Positions 1 to 6,400 of a stretch of 10,939 nucleotides of DNA are shown here, one piece after another (positions within the stretch are counted from its first letter, which is position 1; every line of letters starts with the position of its first letter). The DNA is taken from positions 1 to 10,939 of the forward strand of contig JANNWY010000094.1 of assembly GCA_031409335.1 (NCBI GenBank). The letters are read 5' to 3'. The stretch comes from Chthoniobacteraceae bacterium (GTDB lineage: Bacteria; Verrucomicrobiota; Verrucomicrobiia; Chthoniobacterales; Chthoniobacteraceae). The translations under genes were made by a program, and so were the position numbers. The notes below the pieces were generated by a model that saw only the letters and a list, made by a program, of their open reading frames with translations, had not been told where the DNA came from and did not search any database.

Positions 1-117
1 GCGCGCATGGCGTTGGCGGTGCGCGCTGGCTTTGCCTTTGCGCACGATGGTTTCGAGTTGCCCGCGTTCCTCGCCACTGAGTCGGATGTGATGCTTTTTC
101 TTTGGCATCACGCCCAT
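1..117 (-). CDS. IS630-family transposase, N-terminal helix-turn-helix region (partial; start at 117 or 108)
   Basis: Manual translation gives MGVMPKKKHHIRLSGEERGQLETIVRKGKASAHRQRHAR. This resembles the 'KKYxVxLxxEERxxLxxxxxKGKxxA..xxxAR(ILL)' N-terminus of IS630 transposases. Not in the ORF track. Confidence 0.8.
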   Translation of the reverse strand, partial: MGVMPKKKHHIRLSGEERGQLETIVRKGKASAHRQRHAR

Positions 118-188
118 TTATACAGAGATAATATTAGTACCCGCTAATTCTTTCACTTTTAACCATCGCGCTACAATTGACAATACAC
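1..188 (-). mobile_element. IS630-family element, left end (IRL plus 5' part of transposase), truncated by the window edge
   Basis: Read inward on the - strand the end is TA|GTGTATTGTCA (178-188). This matches the right end TA|GTGCTTTGTCA (10805-10815) at 9/11. The flanking TA (189-190) fits the TA target duplication of IS630/Tc1/mariner elements. An AT-rich leader at 118-188 precedes a transposase-like ORF. Confidence 0.8.
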
Positions 189-2890
189 TAGGGAAAGGTG
201 TAAAGCACGCGCAGCCGGTGGAATCGCTGCGTGTCAGGGGCGATCGGGGTCGCGAGCGTGAGCGTCGGACCGGTCGCGATGATGGGTGTGCCGATGGCGG
301 TCCACGCGGCGAGGTTCGGGGAAGACTCGAGCTGGTAGCTCCGCCCGGCGAGCGTGCCGGTGAAGCCGAGCACCAAATCGAGGCCCGAGCGGCTGATGCC
401 CGTGGCGCGGAGAAATTGCGCGGGATTGTTCGGATTCGTTCCGGCGAGGAATTCGCTGCGGTTGCTGCTGCCATCGCCATCCGCGTCGGTCGCGGCATCG
501 GCAGCGGTGAGATAGTTGAAGCCATTCGCGCGTTCCCAAGTGTCCGACATTCCATCGAGATCGGCGTCGTCGTTGAGGACGGTGATGCTCACGCGCGCGC
601 CGGGCACGACGCCCGCGACGAGTTCGAAATCGAAACTCACGTCGCTGCTGGTCGCGCCGGATTGATGGACTTCGACGGCGACCACATTGTCGCCGGCGAC
701 GATGGCGGACGCCGGGATCGCAAATTCCGCGTAGTCCGTTTCACTCGGAGTCCCGCCCGTCGCGAAGTCGGAATAGAGCGCGCCCGCCGGCAGCGCCGTG
801 TCGCGGAAAACTTGCACGCCATTGATGTAAATCGCCGCCGCGTCATCGCGCAGGATTCTCCCGCGAAGATTCGTGATAAACGTGAGACTGGCGGGCGCGG
901 TGAAGTGCGCGCGAAAAAAGTAAGCCGCGTAGATGGGCGTGTTCACCGTGTCGGGCCGGATGTTCGTTACTTCGGGGCGACCATCCACGGCATCGCCATA
1001 GCCGAGTTCCGCCGCACCCGCCGGCCAGAGGCTGTCATCGAAAGCCGTCGCACTCCACGACGCTCCCGGATCGGTGCCGTCCGCCAGGTAACGCCACGAG
1101 CTTCCTCGCGGCAAAAGCGTGAGCGGCGTGGTGTTCGGAGTGCCGCCATCCGACACGCGATAGGCAAAGGAATCCGCGCCGATGTATCCAGCCGCAGGGG
1201 TGTAAGTGAAGCCGCCGTTCGCGAGCAGCGCGAGCGATCCGTGCGTCGGCGCGGCCAGCACGCTCGCGGTGAGATTTGCGGCGGGCGTATCAATGTCCGT
1301 GTCGTTCGCGAGCACGCCAGGTGCGCCCAGCTCACGCGTGAGCCGCGCGTCGAAGCGGAGGTCGCCGCTGGCTGCGGAAACTTGATGGACCTCGGCGGCG
1401 AGCACGTTCACCCCTTCAAAAAGCAGGGTGCGGCTCAGGTTGATTTCGACGAACACATTTTCCTCCGCATCCGGCCGCTGCGGCGTCGCGAACGTGTCGA
1501 ATGCCGCGCCCGCCGGAAGCTCCGTATCGCGATAGACTTCGACGCCGTTCAAGTACACCGCCGCCGCATCGTCGCGCTTCACGTAGAGTTTTACGCCAGG
1601 CCGCGTGTTCGAAATATTCGTGACCGTGAACGCGCGCCGAAAATACGCGGTGACGTAATTCGGCGTCGCGCCGGGCCGGATGTTCGTCACGATTTCCGGG
1701 TCGCCGAAGCCGAGTTGCGCCGGGCCGCTGGACCACGACGCATCGTTGTGCAGCCAGTCTCTCCACGCAGTGCCGAGATTTTGCCCATCGTAGCGGTATT
1801 TCCAAACGCTGCCCGCGGGCACGAGTTCCTCGGTCGATTGCGCGGCCACCGCCGGGATCGTCATCACCGCCGACTCGCGCGCGATGTAACTTTCCGCCAC
1901 CGCGACCGGCGGATCATTCACCGGCGTCACCGTGAGGCCGACGGTCGCCGCCGCGGATTCCTCGGCCACATTTTCCCCCGCCGGAGCCGTGGCGACGATC
2001 GTGCCGGTGATGCGGATGTCGGCGGTGACGTTGTTCGCCGCATCGATGACGATCCCATTTCTCGTAAAATCAATCGGCAGCGTGAGCGTCATCGTCGTCC
2101 CGTTTGAAACGATGGTCGCGTTGGTGAAATCCGAGATGGCCGTCGCGTGGTTGAGCGACTCATCGGTCTCGGACTGGCCGATGATCGTGATGTTGTATTT
2201 CACATGCACGGTGCCGTCCGCCGCGAGGGTGTTGCCCGTCTGCGTGAACTGCCCCGCGCCATTCACCGGCGCGGCAGCGCCGGCCACATCCATGCTCACC
2301 GAGATCGCGCCCGGCGCGGCTGTCAGATTCGCTGTGCCGACGAAGAATCCGAAATTGTAGTTCAGCGCGATGTCGTCGATCAGGACGGCGTTCAAGCCAG
2401 TCACCTGGATCAGATTGAAAGGCCCGGTCGTCTTTGGCTCCAGCACGCCCACCGTCGCCGTCCCATCGAGGCGCGACGTGTCGCTGCGCGTCTGGTCGAT
2501 GCCGAGCGGCCCGCGCACCCGCGCGGAGATGGTCGAGTTCGACAGCGCTGGATTGATGTCGAAGACGATCGGCTGCACCGCGGCGCGCGCATTGTAGGTG
2601 AAAGCGTCCGCGCCCGCATAGTTCGCCGTCGGGGTGAACGTGAACGAGCCATCCGGATTCATCACGACGCTCCCATGCGCGGGCGGCGTCGCGAGCACGG
2701 CTTCGATCTGCGGATTCCCGTTGGGATCATCATTGGCGAGCACGCCGGAGACTGCGGGGACGATGAGCGCGGCGTCTTCGGCGGTGGCGAAAGTGTCCGC
2801 CGCGGGAATGGGCGGAGCAGCAGTGGAATGCAGCGATGAAACTGTGAGCAGGGTAGCAAGCAGCCAGCGATGGAGGGAGGAGGTCTTCAT
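188..2890 (-). CDS. Secreted multidomain surface protein: signal peptide, two Big_9/cadherin-like Ig repeats, a beta-rich insert, two galactose-binding-like jelly-roll domains, DxDxDG Ca-binding motifs and a C-terminal beta domain
   Basis: 900-aa ORF. Signal peptide MKTSSLHRWLLATLLTVSSLHSTA. Big_9 motifs GVLAND...P.HGS.....GSFTFTP..NY.G.D.FTY occur twice, with a VTPVNDPPVA linker. There are two copies of the module GS.W.Y..DG...G..W....DD..W..G.A.LG.GD...YFR..F...RDDAAA.Y.NGV.V.R...G.NV.A.EVHQ....S.D..FD..L. DADLDGMSDTWE and DADGDGSSNRSEFLAGTNP motifs follow. The protein ends YQLESSPNLAAW...RFHRLRV. Confidence 0.9.
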   Translation of the reverse strand: MKTSSLHRWLLATLLTVSSLHSTAAPPIPAADTFATAEDAALIVPAVSGVLANDDPNGNPQIEAVLATPPAHGSVVMNPDGSFTFTPTANYAGADAFTYNARAAVQPIVFDINPALSNSTISARVRGPLGIDQTRSDTSRLDGTATVGVLEPKTTGPFNLIQVTGLNAVLIDDIALNYNFGFFVGTANLTAAPGAISVSMDVAGAAAPVNGAGQFTQTGNTLAADGTVHVKYNITIIGQSETDESLNHATAISDFTNATIVSNGTTMTLTLPIDFTRNGIVIDAANNVTADIRITGTIVATAPAGENVAEESAAATVGLTVTPVNDPPVAVAESYIARESAVMTIPAVAAQSTEELVPAGSVWKYRYDGQNLGTAWRDWLHNDASWSSGPAQLGFGDPEIVTNIRPGATPNYVTAYFRRAFTVTNISNTRPGVKLYVKRDDAAAVYLNGVEVYRDTELPAGAAFDTFATPQRPDAEENVFVEINLSRTLLFEGVNVLAAEVHQVSAASGDLRFDARLTRELGAPGVLANDTDIDTPAANLTASVLAAPTHGSLALLANGGFTYTPAAGYIGADSFAYRVSDGGTPNTTPLTLLPRGSSWRYLADGTDPGASWSATAFDDSLWPAGAAELGYGDAVDGRPEVTNIRPDTVNTPIYAAYFFRAHFTAPASLTFITNLRGRILRDDAAAIYINGVQVFRDTALPAGALYSDFATGGTPSETDYAEFAIPASAIVAGDNVVAVEVHQSGATSSDVSFDFELVAGVVPGARVSITVLNDDADLDGMSDTWERANGFNYLTAADAATDADGDGSSNRSEFLAGTNPNNPAQFLRATGISRSGLDLVLGFTGTLAGRSYQLESSPNLAAWTAIGTPIIATGPTLTLATPIAPDTQRFHRLRVLYTFP

Positions 2891-2977
2891 AAAGTTTGGG
2901 GAGGTTGACGACTCCCGTGCTTCTACCCGCGCCGGCCCGATTTGGAAAGCAGCAAGTCGCTGACGCGGCCCCGCGCG

Positions 2978-4201
2978 CTACTGTTGTCCGCCGCGCTGGC
3001 CAGGCAGCCCGAGCCGCGCGCGCACATCGTCGGGAAGCTGGCTCGACTGCACCCACTTTTGCGCGGCATCCGCATCGCGCCGCATCCAGCCGCGGACGAG
3101 ATCGGTCACGGCGCGCGTGCGGGATTGCTCCTCGCTGATCGTGCCCGCCCACGCGAGCGCACCCTCGGGATCTTTGCGCAGGACGTTTTGCGCGAGCCGG
3201 GCGCGGGACTCATCGGTCTCGGGCGAGGCCGGATACTTTGCAAGGTAAGCCGCCGCTGCCGCCGGATCGTTCTCCGACCATTGCGAGACGAGTTCCGTGA
3301 GCGCCCGCTGCCTGCCCTCGCTCGCCGGCAGCGTCGCGATCCATTGCGCGGCGGATTGCGGATCGTTGGCAGTGAGTCGTCTCGTCAGCCGGCCCATCGC
3401 GCCGTGGCGCAGCGTTTCTTCGGGGATGCTCATCACCATCTCGCGTGCCGCCGTCTCGCCGCGCTGGCTGAAGAACTGGCCGATCACCGAGTCGATCATG
3501 CGCCCGCGCGCCGTGCTGATGTTTTGCGTCTGCATCACCTGCAGCGCCCAATCCGGATCGGTTTTCGCGAGCTGCGAAACCACCGTCGCCATCGGCCAGT
3601 TGCCCTCCGACTCGTTCGTGCTCGCGCCGTTCTTCCCGGCCCACGCGATCGCCTCCTGCGGGCTGCGCCGCGTCCACGTCGAAATTACCGCGCGAGACCC
3701 GCTGTATTTCGTGTCCTGATCCTTGATTTTCCCGACCCACGCCATCGCCTGCACCGGATCGAGCTGCGCCCACTTTTGCAGCAGCATCGAAAATTCCTTT
3801 CCGCGCGACCAGCCGTTGCCATTCGCCATCACCGCATCCAGCGCCTGCGTGAGTTCCTCGCCGGTGCCGAGCACGTCCATGAGCCGCATGAAGCCGTTCA
3901 TGCGCGCGATTTCATCCTCCTCGTTCAGCAGATTTTTCAACCACTCGCCGATCGCCCGGCCGCCCGTGAGATCTTGCAATGGGCTCGTAAAAGTCCCGCC
4001 TTCGCCGCGGGAAATCGGCGTCGCGAAAGTCCGCGCGTCCACTCCGGACGCGGATCGTTCCGTCGGCAGCGTCGCCGGCATCGCGCTGGCGACCGGCGCG
4101 TCGATGAACGATGACATTCGCCCGATGCAAAACGTGAGCAGCGCCGTGGCAAGCCATGCGGCGGGGATCAGGAGGCGGCGGGATTCGGCAGGAAAATTCA
4201 T
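2978..4201 (-). CDS. N-terminally anchored alpha-helical repeat protein (WxxxDPxxAxxW repeats, HEAT/ARM-like solenoid), function unknown
   Basis: 407-aa ORF with hydrophobic N-terminus LLIPAAWLATALLTFCIG. Repeats: WAQLDPVQAMAWV, WTRRSPQEAIAWA, LAKTDPDWALQVM, LTANDPQSAAQWI, WSENDPAAAAAYL, VLRKDPEGALAWA, WMRRDADAAQKWV. Confidence 0.85.
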   Translation of the reverse strand: MNFPAESRRLLIPAAWLATALLTFCIGRMSSFIDAPVASAMPATLPTERSASGVDARTFATPISRGEGGTFTSPLQDLTGGRAIGEWLKNLLNEEDEIARMNGFMRLMDVLGTGEELTQALDAVMANGNGWSRGKEFSMLLQKWAQLDPVQAMAWVGKIKDQDTKYSGSRAVISTWTRRSPQEAIAWAGKNGASTNESEGNWPMATVVSQLAKTDPDWALQVMQTQNISTARGRMIDSVIGQFFSQRGETAAREMVMSIPEETLRHGAMGRLTRRLTANDPQSAAQWIATLPASEGRQRALTELVSQWSENDPAAAAAYLAKYPASPETDESRARLAQNVLRKDPEGALAWAGTISEEQSRTRAVTDLVRGWMRRDADAAQKWVQSSQLPDDVRARLGLPGQRGGQQ

Positions 4202-4225
4202 GGCGTGTCAGCAAGCGGACGCGCG

Positions 4226-4254
4226 ATCGTAGCACGCGCGGAATCCCGCGTCAT
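4226..4254 (-). promoter_or_regulatory. Putative sigma70 promoter for the 4201 gene
   Basis: On the - strand: ATGACG-17 bp-TACGAT with an extended -10 TGn (TGC TACGAT), ending 24 nt upstream of the ATG at 4201. Confidence 0.5.
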
Positions 4255-4302
4255 TCACTCTTGTCCGCCCGCCGCGCCCACCGCGAAATCTCGGATTCAT
4301 CG

Positions 4303-4331
4303 TTGACGGAATCCACACCCGCCCGGACACT
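4303..4331 (+). promoter_or_regulatory. Putative sigma70 promoter facing the structured RNA and carA
   Basis: TTGACG (4303-4308)-17 bp-GACACT (4326-4331). The -35 lies inside the dyad GGATTC-N10-GAATCC (4293-4314). Confidence 0.35.
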
Positions 4332-4375
4332 CTGCGCATTCGCTCCTCGCGAGCGCCGCTCTTTCAAAAAATGTC

Positions 4376-4393
4376 GCGGGAAATTTTTCCCGC
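4376..4393. promoter_or_regulatory. Near-perfect 18-bp palindrome (operator or hairpin)
   Basis: GCGGGAAA-TT-TTTCCCGC in the divergent intergenic region, with an A-tract just upstream. Confidence 0.35.
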
Positions 4394-4460
4394 AAACCAA
4401 TTTGCCCTTCTTTGTTCGACCAAAGGGTGGAAATCCCGATCCGGTATTTAACACAAACTC

Positions 4461-4639
4461 AGGAGGCCGGGGTGGGCGGTATTAGATCATGCCTTCGTTG
4501 GAAGATCGAAGCTCGTCCCAGGTCTCCGCCCGTTAACCTTAGGGGGAACGTGGAACCCCACCTGGACGGCATATGCGGGGCAAAACCTGGCGCTTCGGAA
4601 AGGCGGCTGCTGATGCCGCTCCGAGGCGCCTCTTTTTTT
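4461..4639 (+). ncRNA. Putative ~175-nt rod-shaped structured RNA; best guess 6S RNA-like, alternatively a carA leader/attenuator
   Basis: Nested helices found by hand: 4463-4467/4628-4632, 4474-4485/4610-4621 (12 bp, 3 GU), 4490-4495/4600-4605, 4507-4512/4592-4597, 4518-4523/4585-4590, 4524-4529/4575-4580, 4530-4534/4565-4569, and an apical G/C hairpin at about 4541-4563. T7 follows at 4633-4639. The GU wobbles pair only on the + strand. Confidence 0.55.
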
Positions 4640-4660
4640 GGATTTTGGATTTTGGATTTT
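4640..4660 (+). repeat. Heptamer tandem repeat (GGATTTT)x3
   Basis: Three exact copies directly after the T-tract, ending 30 nt before the carA ATG. Confidence 0.9.
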
Positions 4661-4690
4661 GATGAACACCCGTCATCTTCCCCGCCCAAC

Positions 4691-5860
4691 ATGCGCGCAA
4701 TTCTCGCTCTCGAAGACGGTCGTTACTTTATCGGTGAATCCTTTGGCGCCGCGGGCTCCGCGGTCGGTGAGGTTTGTTTCAATACTTCGATGAGCGGCTA
4801 TCAGGAATTGCTCACCGATCCTTCCTACCGCGGCCAGATCGTCGCGATGACTTGCCCGCAGATCGGCAATTACGGCGTGAACGAGTTCGACAATGAAAGC
4901 GCCGGGCCGCACGTCCGCGGCTTTGTGGTGGAGGAACTCAGCCCGGTCGCGAGCAACTGGCGCGCGACCGGCGATCTCGATGGCTACTTGAAACGCGCGA
5001 ACATTCCCGGCATTCAGGGCATCGACACGCGCGCGCTCACGAAACATCTGCGCTCGCTCGGCTCAATGCAGGGCTGCATCACGAGCGATAACATCACTGC
5101 CGAGGAAGCGATCGCGCGCGCGAAGGCTGCGCCGCCGATGGCGGGTTCGGATTTCGTGAAAGAGGTGACGCCGCGCGCGGCTTACGATTGGGATCCTGCG
5201 GACGCACTTTCTCCCGAATGGACAGTCGTGAAGGGCGATGGCGCGTCCGTGGAAGTGCGCAACGGAAAGGAAGTCTTCAAGAAACTCCCGCCCGTGCGGC
5301 ACCGCATCGTCGCTTATGATTTCGGCATGAAGCGGAACATCCTGCGCAGGCTGCGTCAGGAAGGTTTCAAGGTGCGCGTCGTCCCGGCGGAGACGAGCGC
5401 AGAGGATGTGCTCGCGCTGAAGCCAGACGGCGTCTTTCTCTCGAACGGCCCCGGCGATCCCGCGGCGCTCACTTACGTTCATGAGAACATCCGCAAGCTC
5501 ATCGGCAAGACGCCGATCTTTGGCATCTGCCTCGGCCACCAGATGCTCGGCTATGCGGTCGGCGGGAAGACGTTCAAGCTGAAGTTCGGACATCGCGGCG
5601 GCAATCAGCCGGTGCAGGATTTGCGCACGGGGAAGGTCGATATCACTTCGCAAAATCACGGCTTCGCGGTCGATGCCGAGTCGCTGCCGGCTTCCGTCGC
5701 GGTGACGCATATCAATTTGAACGACCAAACCGTCGAAGGCCTTGCCCACAAAAGCGAGCCGGTCTTCAGCGTGCAATATCACCCCGAGGCCGCGCCCGGC
5801 CCGAATGACGCCACGTATTTTTTCCCGCAGTTCGCCAAACTCATTGACGACGCGCGTTAG
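4691..5860 (+). CDS. carA: Carbamoyl-phosphate synthase small subunit (glutaminase)
   Basis: Begins MRAILALEDG with GEVCFNTSMSGYQELLTDPSYRGQIV and GIDTRALT. The class I glutamine amidotransferase motifs LSNGPGDP, GICLGHQ (catalytic Cys), GHRGGNQPV, ITSQNHGFAV and SVQYHPEAAPGP are present. The true start is ATG 4691, not 4412 (389 aa). Confidence 0.97.
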   Translation: MRAILALEDGRYFIGESFGAAGSAVGEVCFNTSMSGYQELLTDPSYRGQIVAMTCPQIGNYGVNEFDNESAGPHVRGFVVEELSPVASNWRATGDLDGYLKRANIPGIQGIDTRALTKHLRSLGSMQGCITSDNITAEEAIARAKAAPPMAGSDFVKEVTPRAAYDWDPADALSPEWTVVKGDGASVEVRNGKEVFKKLPPVRHRIVAYDFGMKRNILRRLRQEGFKVRVVPAETSAEDVLALKPDGVFLSNGPGDPAALTYVHENIRKLIGKTPIFGICLGHQMLGYAVGGKTFKLKFGHRGGNQPVQDLRTGKVDITSQNHGFAVDAESLPASVAVTHINLNDQTVEGLAHKSEPVFSVQYHPEAAPGPNDATYFFPQFAKLIDDAR

Positions 5861-5881
5861 CCTCTGACACGTTTCCCGGCC

Positions 5882-6388
5882 ATGCCAAAGCTCAACATCG
5901 CTCTCCCCGACGGCACCACCGCCTCGCACGATCTCACCGACGACACGATCACGCTCGGTCGCGTGGCGGATAACATGATCCAGATCGACGACGCCTCGGT
6001 CTCCAGCCATCACGCCGAACTCGTGCGCGACGGCGACGACTACATTCTCAGAGACCTCGATTCCACCAACGGCACGCGCCTGAATGGAAGCGCGCACACC
6101 GAAGGCAAACTCAAGGAAGGCGACCAGATCGTTTTCGGAAACATCGGCGCAATTTACGAAACCGAGGATCCCGCCGACGCGCAGCCGATGCCCGAGGAGA
6201 CCGTGGCTGCGGTAAAGCCCGCCGCGCAGTCCATCCGCCCGTCGAATTTCACGAACGCTTCGCCATTCCAGACGAAGAAGAAAAAGAAAGATCCCGCGGC
6301 AGTCGGGATTCTCGCATTCGCGGTCGTCGCGATCATTGCCTTCGCTGCGGCTGCGGCTGCGGTGATGTCGCTCAAGTCTCCGCTCTAG
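5882..6388 (+). CDS. FHA (forkhead-associated) domain protein with C-terminal transmembrane helix
   Basis: FHA signature LGR..DN.I.I.D.SVSSHHA......L.DLDSTNGT.LNG, then a Pro/Ala-rich linker, KKKKKD, and the hydrophobic stretch AAVGILAFAVVAIIAFAAAAAAVM. Confidence 0.92.
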   Translation: MPKLNIALPDGTTASHDLTDDTITLGRVADNMIQIDDASVSSHHAELVRDGDDYILRDLDSTNGTRLNGSAHTEGKLKEGDQIVFGNIGAIYETEDPADAQPMPEETVAAVKPAAQSIRPSNFTNASPFQTKKKKKDPAAVGILAFAVVAIIAFAAAAAAVMSLKSPL

Positions 6389-6400
6389 CCGCCGCGCGCG

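Noticed and set aside
1..117. Histone-like basic protein
   Set aside because: The K/R-rich peptide is better explained as an IS630 transposase N-terminus, supported by the adjacent IR and TA.
218..2107. 629-aa + strand ORF
   Set aside because: Antisense shadow of the 900-aa gene. It is Arg-rich with no motifs, typical of high-GC codon bias.
2942..4114. 390-aa + strand ORF
   Set aside because: Antisense shadow of the helical-repeat gene.
4461..4639. SRP RNA, c-di-GMP-I riboswitch or PyrR site as the identity of the structured RNA
   Set aside because: GGAA and GGCAAAA fragments are present, but I could not find the SRP domain IV motif, the two-hairpin c-di-GMP-I layout, or the PyrR AGUCC..UGAGGC-type consensus.
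4412..4690. 93-aa N-terminal extension of CarA in the ORF track
   Set aside because: CarA homology begins at MRAILALEDG (4691). The extension translates the structured RNA, T-tract and heptamer repeat.
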